Shown: positions 8,714 to 19,214, counted from the stretch's first letter. The stretch is DNA of 49,536 bases from a virus (IMGVR_UViG_2534681701_000013:1-49536), one strand, 5' to 3'. Numbers and translations: made by a program. The notes: generated from the sequence alone by a model not told the origin.

Positions 8714-9411
8714 AAAACATCGCCGCACAGATGGTTAACTTTGACTGTGAGCAGATGCGCCGGATCGCCAACAACATGCCGGAACAGTACGACGAAAAGC
8801 CACAGGTACAGCAGGTAGCGCAGATCATCAACGGTGTGTTCAGCCAGTTACTGGCAACTTTCCCGGCGAGCCTGGCTAACCGTGACCAGAATGAACTGAA
8901 CGAAATCCGCCGCCAGTGGGTTCTGGCTTTCCGGGAAAACGGGATCACCACAATGGAACAGGTTAACGCTGGAATGCGCGTAGCCCGTCGGCAGAATCGA
9001 CCATTCCTGCCATCACCCGGGCAGTTTGTCGCCTGGTGCCGGGAAGAAGCATCTGTTAACGCCGGGCTGCCAAACGTCAGCGAGCTGGTTGATATGGTTT
9101 ACGAGTATTGCCGGAAGCGTGGCCTGTATCCGGATGCAGAGTCTTATCCGTGGAAATCGAACGCGCATTACTGGTTGGTTACCAACTTGTACCAGAACAT
9201 GCGGGCCAATGCGCTGACTGACGCGGAATTACGGCGCAAGGCTGCCGATGAACTGTCCTGTATGACCGCGCGAATTAACCGTGGTGAGGCGATACCTGAA
9301 CCAGTAAAACAACTTCCTGTCATGGGCGGTAGACCTCTAAATCGTGCACAGGCTCTGGCGAAGATCGCAGAAATCAAAGCTAAGTTCGGACTGAAAGGAT
9401 CAAGTGTATGA
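8710..9411 (+). CDS. P: Replication protein P (DnaB helicase loader)
   Basis: 233-aa translation matches lambda P almost throughout; ATGA overlap with the O stop. Confidence 0.95.
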   Translation: MKNIAAQMVNFDCEQMRRIANNMPEQYDEKPQVQQVAQIINGVFSQLLATFPASLANRDQNELNEIRRQWVLAFRENGITTMEQVNAGMRVARRQNRPFLPSPGQFVAWCREEASVNAGLPNVSELVDMVYEYCRKRGLYPDAESYPWKSNAHYWLVTNLYQNMRANALTDAELRRKAADELSCMTARINRGEAIPEPVKQLPVMGGRPLNRAQALAKIAEIKAKFGLKGSSV

Positions 9412-9710
9412 CGGGCAAAGAGGCAATTATTCATTACCTGGGGACGCATAAGAGCTTCTGTGCACAGGACGTTGCCGCGGTAACAGGTGCAACCGTAACC
9501 AGCATAAATCAGGCTGCGGCTAAAATGGCGCGGGCAGGAATCCTGGTCGTTGATGGTAAGGTCTGGCGAACGGTGTATTACCGGTTCGCTACCAGAGAAG
9601 AACGGGAAGGAAAGGTGAGCACGAATCTGATTTTTAAGGAGTGTCGCCAGAGTGCCGCGATGAAACGGGTACTGAGGGTATATAAAAGAACATCAATGGG
9701 AACACAATGA
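9408..9710 (+). CDS. ren: Ren (Rex exclusion relief protein)
   Basis: Translation MTGKEAIIHYLGTHKSFCAQDVAAVTGATVTSINQAAAKMARAG... matches lambda Ren. Confidence 0.9.
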   Translation: MTGKEAIIHYLGTHKSFCAQDVAAVTGATVTSINQAAAKMARAGILVVDGKVWRTVYYRFATREEREGKVSTNLIFKECRQSAAMKRVLRVYKRTSMGTQ

Positions 9711-9727
9711 TGAAACAGGTGAGTTGA

Positions 9728-9762
9728 GTTCAAACTGTAGTACAATTCTCTCCAGTTTGAAC
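9728..9762. other. Perfect 10-bp inverted repeat immediately upstream of the emrE RBS
   Basis: GTTCAAACTG (9728-9737), 15-nt loop, CAGTTTGAAC (9753-9762); no T-run follows. Confidence 0.5.
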
Positions 9763-9777
9763 AGGAAAGAATATGCT

Positions 9778-10110
9778 ATGAACCCTTATATTTATCTTGG
9801 TGGTGCAATACTTGCAGAGGTCATTGGTACAACCTTAATGAAGTTTTCAGAAGGTTTTACACGGTTATGGCCATCTGTTGGTACAATTATTTGTTATTGT
9901 GCATCATTCTGGTTATTAGCTCAGACGCTGGCTTATATTCCTACAGGGATTGCTTATGGTATCTGGTCAGGAGTCGGTATTGTCCTGATTAGCTTACTGT
10001 CATGGGGATTTTTCGGCCAACGGCTGGACCTGCCAGCCATTATAGGCATGATGTTGCTTTGTGCCGGTGTGTTGGTTATTAATTTATTGTCACGAAGCAC
10101 ACCACATTAA
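9778..10110 (+). CDS. emrE: SMR-family multidrug efflux transporter EmrE
   Basis: 110-aa translation MNPYIYLGGAILAEVIGTTLMKFSEGF... matches E. coli EmrE; ATG at 9778 with AGGA RBS (track ORF starts at 9724). Confidence 0.9.
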   Translation: MNPYIYLGGAILAEVIGTTLMKFSEGFTRLWPSVGTIICYCASFWLLAQTLAYIPTGIAYGIWSGVGIVLISLLSWGFFGQRLDLPAIIGMMLLCAGVLVINLLSRSTPH

Positions 10111-10364
10111 AATAATTTGTTTCTAAACGACTAAAATATGGAGGTTCTTATATTTATATGAGCCTCGTTTTATGCTTTTTGTTAATGTCTTTATTTTTTA
10201 TGTATTCTTTTGTACTTTCAAGATTATGGCGTAAGAAAATTGCAATACGATTATTGTTGTATATTCAAGATAATGTGACCTTAATTGTCTTTTTAAATAA
10301 AAATTAAACAAAAATTATATCCCACCACTAAGGTTTATAAAAGCATACGTTAGCAGGTGTCACC

Positions 10365-11891
10365 ATGAAAAAAGCCATAGCATATATGCGATTTTCATCA
10401 CCAGGTCAGATGTCTGGCGACTCATTAAACCGACAGAGAAGACTTATTGCTGAATGGTTAAAGGTAAATAGTGATTATTATCTTGATACCATAACATATG
10501 AAGATTTAGGATTAAGTGCATTCAAAGGAAAGCATGCACAATCAGGAGCTTTTTCGGAATTTTTAGATGCTATAGAGCATGGTTATATATTGCCAGGAAC
10601 TACATTGTTAGTTGAAAGTCTGGACAGACTTTCAAGAGAAAAAGTCGGTGAAGCGATTGAACGTCTGAAATTGATTTTGAATCACGGTATTGATGTTATA
10701 ACTCTTTGCGACAATACAGTCTATAATATTGACTCTTTGAATGAGCCATATTCATTAATAAAAGCCATACTTATAGCACAAAGGGCAAATGAAGAAAGCG
10801 AGATAAAGTCAAGTCGGGTTAAATTATCATGGAAGAAAAAACGGCAGGATGCACTGGAATCAGGTACGATTATGACGGCGTCTTGTCCGAGATGGCTCTC
10901 CTTAGATGACAAAAGAACGGCTTTTGTTCCAGACCCCGACAGGGTGAAAACTATTGAGCTAATTTTTAAACTCAGGATGGAAAGGCGCTCATTGAATGCA
11001 ATAGCCAAGTATTTAAATGATCATGCTGTAAAGAATTTCTCAGGAAAAGAAAGTGTATGGGGACCTTCTGTAATTGAAAAATTATTAGCGAATAAAGCTC
11101 TGATAGGTATATGCGTACCTTCATATCGTGCAAGAGGGAAAGGGATAAGTGAAATCGCTGGCTATTATCCCAGAGTCATATCAGATGATTTGTTTTACGC
11201 TGTACAGGAAATTCGGTTGGCACCTTTTGGTATTAGCAATAGTAGCAAGAATCCTATGCTAATAAATCTACTTCGAACAGTTATGAAGTGTGAGGCTTGT
11301 GGTAATACCATGATTGTTCATGCGGTATCTGGAAGTTTGCATGGCTATTATGTTTGTCCGATGAGAAGATTACATCGATGTGACAGGCCATCAATAAAAA
11401 GAGATTTGGTTGATTATAATATCATTAATGAATTGCTTTTTAATTGTAGCAAAATTCAACCAGTTGAAAACAAGAAAGATGCTAATGAAACTTTAGAGTT
11501 AAAAATTATTGAGCTTCAGATGAAAATTAATAATTTAATCGTTGCATTGTCTGTCGCGCCTGAAGTTACCGCTATAGCAGAGAAAATAAGACTATTAGAT
11601 AAGGAATTACGAAGGGCTTCGGTATCATTGAAAACTTTGAAGAGTAAAGGTGTAAATTCATTCAGTGATTTTTATGCTATTGACTTAACCAGTAAAAATG
11701 GACGAGAGTTATGCCGTACACTTGCCTATAAAACATTCGAAAAAATCATAATTAATACGGATAATAAAACCTGTGATATCTATTTTATGAATGGCATTGT
11801 TTTTAAACACTATCCTTTAATGAAAGTAATATCCGCCCAGCAGGCGATAAGTGCTCTCAAATATATGGTTGATGGTGAGATTTATTTCTAA
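10365..11891 (+). CDS. ybcK: Large serine recombinase (DLP12 YbcK-like)
   Basis: 508 aa; N-terminal resolvase-type motif AYMRFSSPGQ, central recombinase region, cysteine cluster CEACGNT...YYVCPMRRLHRCD (zinc ribbon); AT-rich. Confidence 0.9.
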   Translation: MKKAIAYMRFSSPGQMSGDSLNRQRRLIAEWLKVNSDYYLDTITYEDLGLSAFKGKHAQSGAFSEFLDAIEHGYILPGTTLLVESLDRLSREKVGEAIERLKLILNHGIDVITLCDNTVYNIDSLNEPYSLIKAILIAQRANEESEIKSSRVKLSWKKKRQDALESGTIMTASCPRWLSLDDKRTAFVPDPDRVKTIELIFKLRMERRSLNAIAKYLNDHAVKNFSGKESVWGPSVIEKLLANKALIGICVPSYRARGKGISEIAGYYPRVISDDLFYAVQEIRLAPFGISNSSKNPMLINLLRTVMKCEACGNTMIVHAVSGSLHGYYVCPMRRLHRCDRPSIKRDLVDYNIINELLFNCSKIQPVENKKDANETLELKIIELQMKINNLIVALSVAPEVTAIAEKIRLLDKELRRASVSLKTLKSKGVNSFSDFYAIDLTSKNGRELCRTLAYKTFEKIIINTDNKTCDIYFMNGIVFKHYPLMKVISAQQAISALKYMVDGEIYF

Positions 11892-12355
11892 ATAATGATC
11901 TCGGATTTTAAGTTATGCTATGGTGATAAAGTGCAAGACAGAATTAATTATCTTTGACGAAACTTAATGGGTAATTACTTTGTTTGCTCCCACAAGCGAG
12001 TTTTGTACGGCTGTATTGGGGTAGTAAATGAGCTATACAATCTTAATCATTTGTTAGGTGAGAACTCTTGGTCGCAGATTCAAATACTGAAAATACGTGA
12101 CAAATTATTATGAGCAAAATGGTGTATGTCACGTATTTTGAATGGTAGGTTAAAAAATAACACCGACTTTCGTAGGTATTACTAATAATAAAGCAGAGTT
12201 TTTAGATAGTATCAATGTGCTTTGTGTATATTGTGGCAAATAATTGGGTTGGGGGTACAATTGTGATTGCTTTTGCATGAACATTGCGCCTTTATGCATA
12301 ATGAGATAAAGGAATATCAAATAAAATAACGATAGGTCATAACAAAGAGGTTTTT

Positions 12356-12823
12356 ATGAAAACACTTATCGTTTCAACTGTATTGGCATTCATAACATTT
12401 TCTGCGCAGGCTGCAGCATTTCAGGTCACTAGTAATGAAATAAAAACAGGAGAGCAACTTACAACGTCTCATGTCTTTTCTGGATTTGGGTGTGAAGGTG
12501 GTAATACATCGCCCTCATTAACCTGGTCTGGTGTTCCTGAAGGTACCAAAAGCTTTGCCGTAACTGTATATGATCCAGATGCACCTACAGGCAGTGGTTG
12601 GTGGCATTGGACTGTTGTTAATATTCCAGCAACAGTAACATATTTGCCCGTTGATGCAGGGAGACGTGATGGAACAAAACTGCCGACTGGTGCTGTTCAA
12701 GGCCGAAATGATTTTGGCTATGCTGGGTTTGGTGGCGCATGTCCTCCTAAAGGAGATAAACCACATCATTACCAGTTTAAAGTATGGGCTCTAAAAACTG
12801 AAAAGATTCCTGTAGATTCTTAG
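12356..12823 (+). pseudogene. ybcL: ybcL (periplasmic PEBP/RKIP-family protein), 5' part, interrupted by IS2 after codon 155
   Basis: Signal peptide MKTLIVSTVLAFITFSAQA then PEBP-like sequence; reading frame runs into the IS2 end at 12821. Confidence 0.85.
12816..12820. repeat. IS2 target-site duplication, left copy (ATTCT)
   Basis: 5-bp ATTCT directly abutting the IS2 left end; identical copy at 14152-14156. Confidence 0.85.
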
Positions 12824-12911
12824 ACTGCCCCCCTGAATCTCCAGACAACCAGTATCACTTAAATAAGTGATAGTCTTAATACTAGTTTTTAGACTAGTCA
12901 TTGGAGAACAG

Positions 12912-13277
12912 ATGATTGATGTCTTAGGGCCGGAGAAACGCAGACGGCGTACCACACAGGAAAAGATCGCAATTGTTCAGCAGAGCTTTGAACCGGGGAT
13001 GACGGTCTCCCTCGTTGCCCGGCAACATGGTGTAGCAGCCAGCCAGTTATTTCTCTGGCGTAAGCAATACCAGGAAGGAAGTCTTACTGCTGTCGCCGCC
13101 GGAGAACAGGTTGTTCCTGCCTCTGAACTTGCTGCCGCCATGAAGCAGATTAAAGAACTCCAGCGCCTGCTCGGCAAGAAAACGATGGAAAATGAACTCC
13201 TCAAAGAAGCCGTTGAATATGGACGGGCAAAAAAGTGGATAGCGCACGCGCCCTTATTGCCCGGGGATGGGGAGTAA
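12912..13277 (+). CDS. insC: IS2 OrfA (InsC, HTH transposase subunit)
   Basis: [26 protein letters not shown]... matches IS2 InsC. Confidence 0.9.
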
Positions 13278-14140
13278 GCTTAGTCAGCCGTTGTCTCCGG
13301 GTGTCGCGTGCGCAGTTGCACGTCATTCTCAGACGAACCGATGACTGGATGGATGGCCGCCGCAGTCGTCACACTGATGATACGGATGTGCTTCTCCGTA
13401 TACACCATGTTATCGGAGAGCTGCCCACGTATGGTTATCGTCGGGTATGGGCGCTGCTTCGCAGACAGGCAGAACTTGATGGTATGCCTGCGATCAATGC
13501 CAAACGTGTTTACCGGATCATGCGCCAGAATGCGCTGTTGCTTGAGCGAAAACCTGCTGTACCGCCATCGAAACGGGCACATACAGGCAGAGTGGCCGTG
13601 AAAGAAAGCAATCAGCGATGGTGCTCTGACGGGTTCGAGTTCTGCTGTGATAACGGAGAGAGACTGCGTGTCACGTTCGCGCTGGACTGCTGTGATCGTG
13701 AGGCACTGCACTGGGCGGTCACTACCGGCGGCTTCAACAGTGAAACAGTACAGGACGTCATGCTGGGAGCGGTGGAACGCCGCTTCGGCAACGATCTTCC
13801 GTCGTCTCCAGTGGAGTGGCTGACGGATAATGGTTCATGCTACCGGGCTAATGAAACACGCCAGTTCGCCCGGATGTTGGGACTTGAACCGAAGAACACG
13901 GCGGTGCGGAGTCCGGAGAGTAACGGAATAGCAGAGAGCTTCGTGAAAACGATAAAGCGTGACTACATCAGTATCATGCCCAAACCAGACGGGTTAACGG
14001 CAGCAAAGAACCTTGCAGAGGCGTTCGAGCATTATAACGAATGGCATCCGCATAGTGCGCTGGGTTATCGCTCGCCACGGGAATATCTGCGGCAGCGGGC
14101 TTGTAATGGGTTAAGTGATAACAGATGTCTGGAAATATAG
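13235..14140 (+). CDS. insD: IS2 OrfB (InsD, DDE transposase; expressed as OrfAB by -1 frameshift)
   Basis: 301-aa ORF overlapping insC; translation matches IS2 InsD. Confidence 0.9.
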
Positions 14141-14151
14141 GGGGAAATCCA

Positions 14152-14156
14152 ATTCT
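14152..14156. repeat. IS2 target-site duplication, right copy (ATTCT)
   Basis: Identical to 12816-12820. Confidence 0.85.
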
Positions 14157-14243
14157 AACTCCAGCGGAGCGTTAGTTGGTTATATGCTTAATGCTAATAA
14201 AATCGCAACCGCTGAGATAACACCAGTTTATGAGATAAAGTAG
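14157..14243 (+). pseudogene. ybcL: ybcL 3' fragment displaced by IS2
   Basis: In frame with the 5' part once IS2 and one ATTCT copy are removed: NSSGALVGYMLNANKIATAEITPVYEIK then stop, giving a 183-aa product. Confidence 0.8.
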
Positions 14244-14252
14244 GGTGAGAGT

Positions 14253-15050
14253 ATGCTGGCAAGAGGTAAGACTAACTTAAAGATCGAAGAAATACGGATG
14301 CATAAACATCATGAGATTCATAGGGTTAAGCCTCTTATGCCAGCTTTGTGTCGTATCCGTCAGGGAAAGAAAGTTATCAATTGGGAGACGCATACTTTAA
14401 CTGTTGATAATAATCAAATAATATTATTTCCTTGTGGTTATGAATTTTATATTGAGAATTATCCTGAAGCAGGGCTTTATCTTGCAGAAATGCTTTACTT
14501 ACCCATTGATTTAATTGAGAGTTTCCAAAAACTTTATACGGTAACTGATCAAATACGTAACAAAACAAGTTTCTTTTTACCTCAGAATCCTGAGTTAATA
14601 TATTGTTGGGAGCAACTAAAAACATCTGTTTCCCGAGGCTTCTCAACTAAAATTCAGGAGCACTTAGCAATGGGCGTTCTACTTTCGTTAGGAGTGAATC
14701 ATGTTAATCATTTACTTTTATCATATAGTAAACAATCATTGATAAGTCGTTGTTATAACCTGCTGCTATCCGAACCCGGCACAAAATGGACAGCAAACAA
14801 GGTTGCTCGATATCTCTACATTTCTGTTTCTACATTACATCGCCGTCTAGCAAGCGAGGGGGTAAGTTTCCAAAGTATACTGGACGATGTGAGGTTAAAT
14901 AATGCGTTGTCTGCTATACAAACGACGGTAAAACCTATAAGCGAGATTGCCAGAGAAAATGGTTATAAGTGTCCTTCTCGTTTTACTGAAAGATTTCATA
15001 ATCGTTTTAATATAACACCAAGAGAGATAAGAAAAGCTTCCAGAGAGTAA
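14253..15050 (+). CDS. ybcM: AraC-family transcriptional regulator (DLP12 YbcM-like)
   Basis: 265 aa; C-terminal AraC-type HTH region ([21 protein letters not shown]...[20 protein letters not shown]); AT-rich. Confidence 0.85.
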
Positions 15051-15114
15051 AAGTGTTTTAAGAAGGAGCAATTCTATCGATTTTGATTTTGGGAAATCAA
15101 CACGGCATAATTAT

Positions 15115-15143
15115 GTCACCGGAGCCTGAACAACTCCGGTGAC
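15115..15143. other. Perfect 10-bp stem hairpin between ybcM and ybcN
   Basis: GTCACCGGAG, 9-nt loop, CTCCGGTGAC; no adjacent T-run. Confidence 0.5.
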
Positions 15144-15264
15144 TTCTGCGCTAAACGGGGACGTTTATGCGCACATACAATCCAAACTCTCTTCTCCCTT
15201 CACAGATGCAGAAATGCACCTGCAATTCTTTGCATCTAGCGTTTGACCTCTGCGGAGGTGAAGC

Positions 15265-15720
15265 GTGAACCTCTCACAAGACGGCATCAAATTACATCGC
15301 GGCAACTTCACCGCTATCGGTCGGCAGATCCAGCCTTATCTGGAGGAGGGCAAATGCTTTCGCATGGTGCTTAAACCGTGGCGTGAGAAACGCAGTCTTT
15401 CCCAGAATGCACTCAGCCACATGTGGTACAGCGAAATCAGTGAATACCTCATCAGCAGGGGTAAAACGTTCGCCACTCCAGCTTGGGTAAAAGATGCTCT
15501 CAAACACACATATCTCGGTTATGAAACCAAAGACCTGGTTGATGTCGTAACCGGTGATATCACCACTATCCAGTCGTTACGCCATACCTCCGACCTTGAT
15601 ACCGGAGAGATGTATGTCTTCCTGTGTAAGGTTGAAGCCTGGGCGATGAATATTGGCTGCCACCTGACTATTCCGCAGAGCTGCGAGTTCCAGCTGCTGC
15701 GTGATAAGCAGGAGGCGTAA
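15265..15720 (+). CDS. ybcN: NinB-like recombination protein (DLP12 YbcN)
   Basis: 151 aa, GTG start with GGAGGTG RBS; translation recognised as YbcN/NinB family. Confidence 0.85.
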
Positions 15721-15890
15721 TGGCTACACCGCTTATTCGTGTCATGAACGGACACATCTACAAAGTACCAAATCGTCGTAAGCGTAAGCCTGAGCTGAAA
15801 CCATCCGAAATACCAACACTGCTCGGATATACCGCCAGCCTGGTTGATAAAAAATGGTTGCGACTGGCAGCAAGGAGGAATCATGGCTGA
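15720..15890 (+). CDS. ninE: NinE
   Basis: 56-aa ORF not in the track (<60 aa): [56 protein letters not shown]; start overlaps the ybcN stop (TAATG). Confidence 0.75.
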   Translation: MATPLIRVMNGHIYKVPNRRKRKPELKPSEIPTLLGYTASLVDKKWLRLAARRNHG

Positions 15891-16173
15891 TTTGAGAAAA
15901 GCAGCGCGTGGTCGGGAATGCCAGGTAAGAATCCCTGGCGTATGTAATGGCAATCCTGAAACGTCTGTACTGGCACATATCCGGCTGGCTGGATTGTGCG
16001 GTACCGGTATCAAACCGCCAGACCTGATTGCCACCATTGCATGTTCTGCCTGTCACGACGAGATCGACCGTCGCACGCATTTTGTTGACGCTGGATATGC
16101 AAAAGAATGCGCGCTGGAAGGTATGGCGAGAACGCAGGTTATCTGGCTGAAAGAGGGGGTAATTAAGGCGTGA
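15883..16173 (+). CDS. ybcO: YbcO (nin-region putative nuclease, cysteine-rich)
   Basis: 96 aa from [29 protein letters not shown]...; ATG overlaps the ninE 3' end. Confidence 0.85.
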   Translation: MADLRKAARGRECQVRIPGVCNGNPETSVLAHIRLAGLCGTGIKPPDLIATIACSACHDEIDRRTHFVDAGYAKECALEGMARTQVIWLKEGVIKA

Positions 16174-16532
16174 ATACCTACAATATCACATTACCCTGGC
16201 CGCCGAGCAATAATCGCTATTACCGCCATAATCGCGGGCGCACGCACATCAGCGCAGAGGGGCAGGCATACCGCGAAAACGTCGCCCGAATCATTAAAAA
16301 CGCAATGCTGGATATCGGCCTGGCTATGCCTGTGAAAATCCGCATTGAGTGTCACATGCCGGATCGCCGTCGCCGTGACCTGGATAATCTACAAAAGGCC
16401 GCTTTTGACGCACTCACCAAAGCAGGTTTCTGGCTGGATGATGCTCAGGTCGTTGATTACCGCGTTGTGAAGATGCCGGTTGTCAAAGGTGGAAAGCTGG
16501 AACTGACCATCACTGAACAGGGAGATGAATGA
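16170..16532 (+). CDS. rusA: Holliday-junction resolvase RusA
   Basis: 120-aa translation [24 protein letters not shown]... matches RusA; GTG start overlapping the ybcO stop. Confidence 0.95.
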   Translation: MNTYNITLPWPPSNNRYYRHNRGRTHISAEGQAYRENVARIIKNAMLDIGLAMPVKIRIECHMPDRRRRDLDNLQKAAFDALTKAGFWLDDAQVVDYRVVKMPVVKGGKLELTITEQGDE

Positions 16533-16669
16533 TGTTTGAGTTTTATATGGCAGAACTTCTTCGCCACCGCTGGATGCGCCTGCGCTTATATCGTTTCCCC
16601 GGTTCTGTTTTGACCGATTACCGAATACTGAAGAATTACGCCAAAACACTGACAGGAGCAGGAGTATGA
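16529..16669 (+). CDS. ylcG: YlcG small protein
   Basis: 46-aa [49 protein letters not shown] overlapping the rusA stop; below track size cutoff. Confidence 0.6.
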   Translation: MMFEFYMAELLRHRWMRLRLYRFPGSVLTDYRILKNYAKTLTGAGV

Positions 16670-16754
16670 AGTCAGAGATAACAATCAACTAATACTGTTT
16701 TGTTGATTTTTGCTTGTAATTGGCGTTCTGGTCTGAGTTTTGTGGAGTAAGTTG

Positions 16755-17138
16755 ATGCGTGATATTCAGATGGTTCTTGAGCGTTGGGGAGCGTGGGCGG
16801 CTAATAATCATGAAGATGTGACCTGGTCGTCCATTGCCGCCGGTTTTAAGGGATTAATTCCTTCAAAAGTAAAATCTCGCCCACAATGTTGTGACGATGA
16901 CGCGATGATCATTTGCGGGTGCATGGCCCGTCTGAAAAAGAACAACAGCGATTTGCATGATTTATTAGTAGATTATTATGTAGTCGGTATGACATTCATG
17001 TCACTGGCAGGTAAGCATTGCTGCTCTGATGGTTATATCGGGAAAAGGTTACAGAAGGCTGAGGGCATAATTGAAGGGATGTTAATGGCATTAGATATCC
17101 GGTTAGAGATGGATATCGTTGTTAATAACTCTAATTAA
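16755..17138 (+). CDS. quuD: Late-gene antiterminator Q (DLP12 QuuD-type)
   Basis: 127 aa from [22 protein letters not shown]...; cysteine-rich centre; last gene before the lysis/late region. Confidence 0.85.
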   Translation: MRDIQMVLERWGAWAANNHEDVTWSSIAAGFKGLIPSKVKSRPQCCDDDAMIICGCMARLKKNNSDLHDLLVDYYVVGMTFMSLAGKHCCSDGYIGKRLQKAEGIIEGMLMALDIRLEMDIVVNNSN

Positions 17139-17171
17139 TATGCCAATTGTTTACTAAAAATTATTAAAAAT

Positions 17172-17189
17172 GGGGCGTTGAGACGCCCC
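17172..17189 (-). terminator. Probable rho-independent terminator (minus strand) in the Q-porin intergenic region
   Basis: Stem GGGGCGT / ACGCCCC with TGAG loop; T-rich on the minus strand (ATTTTTAATAATTTTT); three more stem-loops follow at about 17232-17300. Confidence 0.45.
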
Positions 17190-17327
17190 CAAAAATAAAG
17201 GGTAATATATAACAGAAGGTTTATATAGTTAGAAGCAAGGTTGTGCTTCTAAAGGAAGTGGCTTGAGGGAGCCACTTATATGTTGGGGAGGCAAAGCCTC
17301 CCGCAACATATCTTTTTCGTAATCAGA

Positions 17328-18410
17328 TTAGAACTGATACACCAGACCTACAGCGACGATGTCGTCGGTATCAATACCAGCTGTTTTGGTAAACTTACTA
17401 TCGTCAATTAAGTTGATTTTGTAATCAACAAAAGTGGACATGTTTTTATTAAAGTAGTAAGTAGCACCGACATCGACATACTTGACTAAGTCTCGGTCAC
17501 CATGAACACCAAGGTCTTTACCTTTTGACTGAAGGTAAGCAACAGATGGTCGCAGACCGAAGTCAAACTGATATTGTGCTACTGCTTCAAAGTTTTGTGC
17601 TTTGTTTGCAATATGGTTATTACCAAAAACGGTCATATTCTGAGTTTCAGAATATGTGGTAGCCAGATAGATATTGTTCGCATCATATTTCAGGCCTGCA
17701 GCCCATACTTCCGCATTTTTGCCGGAGGCATTGAATTTGCTCTTACCATAGGCGACCTGACCGTCAGTGCGATCTGATTTAGCATAGGTTGCACCCACGC
17801 CGAATCCTTCATACTCATAAGTAGTGGAGAAACCGAAACCATCACCATTGGCTTCAGTTACGTCAGTGCGGTCATTTTTACCCTGATACTGAGCAGCAAA
17901 GTTCAGGCCATCGACCAGACCAAAGAAGTCGTTGTTACGATAGGTTGCAACACCAGTGGTGCGACCAGTCATGAACACATCTGTTTGGGTCCAGGTATCG
18001 CCACCGAATTCTGGCAGAACGTCAGTCCACGCACCGATGTCGTATGCTACACCGTAGTTACGGCCGTAATCGATTGAGCCGTAGTCACCGAATTTCAGGC
18101 CTGCAAATGCAAGACGGGTTTTGTCTTTGGAGGAACCTTGAGATTCAGCGCGGTTGCCTTTGAATTCATATTCCCACTGACCGAAACCAGTCAGTTGATC
18201 GTTGATTTGGGTTTCACCTTTGAAGCCAAGACGGGCATAAGTAGTATCACCATCATCTGCATCGTTAGAGGAAAAGTAGTGCTTGGCATTAACTTTCCCG
18301 TACAGATCCAGCTTGTTACTGTCTTTATTATAAATTTCAGCTGCCTGAGCAGACATCGCCATCAGTACTGATGCAGCTACAGCAGAAATTGCCACTGTTA
18401 ATTTTTTCAT
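17328..18410 (-). CDS. nmpC: Outer-membrane general porin (NmpC / Lc / OmpC-OmpF family), apparently intact
   Basis: 360 aa; signal peptide [23 protein letters not shown], porin-like beta-strand pattern, C-terminal ...VGLVYQF. Confidence 0.9.
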   Translation of the reverse strand: MKKLTVAISAVAASVLMAMSAQAAEIYNKDSNKLDLYGKVNAKHYFSSNDADDGDTTYARLGFKGETQINDQLTGFGQWEYEFKGNRAESQGSSKDKTRLAFAGLKFGDYGSIDYGRNYGVAYDIGAWTDVLPEFGGDTWTQTDVFMTGRTTGVATYRNNDFFGLVDGLNFAAQYQGKNDRTDVTEANGDGFGFSTTYEYEGFGVGATYAKSDRTDGQVAYGKSKFNASGKNAEVWAAGLKYDANNIYLATTYSETQNMTVFGNNHIANKAQNFEAVAQYQFDFGLRPSVAYLQSKGKDLGVHGDRDLVKYVDVGATYYFNKNMSTFVDYKINLIDDSKFTKTAGIDTDDIVAVGLVYQF

Positions 18411-18998
18411 CGTGAGCCCTTTTTTTTGAACTATTATTAAAAAATGATGTCACTGCGCGATAAATATTCATCTAATCAATGTGATTATTTCAAGATGTAA
18501 GTTTTAGTTTCTCATTTAATTTGTGAAGTAGATCTCTATTTTTATCTGAACTTTTTCTATCGAAACCTATTTATGGCTCTTATTTGAACAAAAATAAACC
18601 TATTAGCTAATTTATATTAATGGCTGTTATTTATGGGGGTTCTATAATTCGGTGGTTTAATTTAAATCAACTAAAAATAACGCCGGAAATTATTTATTGG
18701 TTATTTGTTGAGGTTTTCTTATATATTTGTGGTGGTGTTTTGAACACTCGGTAGCATTCTCATAAATATCATTCAGTGGTTTACGTACGTAAAAAATTGG
18801 TTATGCTGTTAAGAGTGGTTAGTTCGTCACACAGCTTAAACCCGCCGTCGAGCTGGTTTTTCCATTTTTTGAGTCTCGATATTAGCTGATAACTCAATAC
18901 CTGAGTTATTCACTGACTCCGAGTCTGTTACTTTTCTGCTTTTTTGCGATACGTTGTATTCCCTCAATTTACACCCGCTTTGTCTGCGAGGTGGGGTT

Positions 18999-19214
18999 AT
19001 GAAATCCATGGATAAGTTAACAACGGGTGTCGCCTATGGCACCTCAGCAGGTAGTGCCGGTTACTGGTTTTTACAGCTGCTCGATAAAGTCACGCCCTCA
19101 CAGTGGGCAGCAATAGGTGTGCTGGGTAGCCTGGTATTTGGCCTGCTGACGTACCTGACAAACCTTTATTTCAAGATTAAAGAAGATAAGCGCAAGGCTG
19201 CGAGAGGTGAATAA
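18999..19214 (+). CDS. essD: Holin, phage-21 S-type pinholin (EssD) with dual-start motif
   Basis: 71 aa [28 protein letters not shown]...; Met1-Lys2-Ser3-Met4 dual start; two hydrophobic segments. Confidence 0.9.

Larger units (their letters stand above)
12821..14151 (+). mobile_element. IS2 (IS3 family), complete 1331-bp copy
   Basis: Ends TAGACTGCCCCCCTGAATCTCCAGACAACC... and ...CTGGAAATATAGGGGGAAATCCA recognised as IS2 termini; two overlapping ORFs in frames 0/-1; 5-bp flanking direct repeat. Confidence 0.95.
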
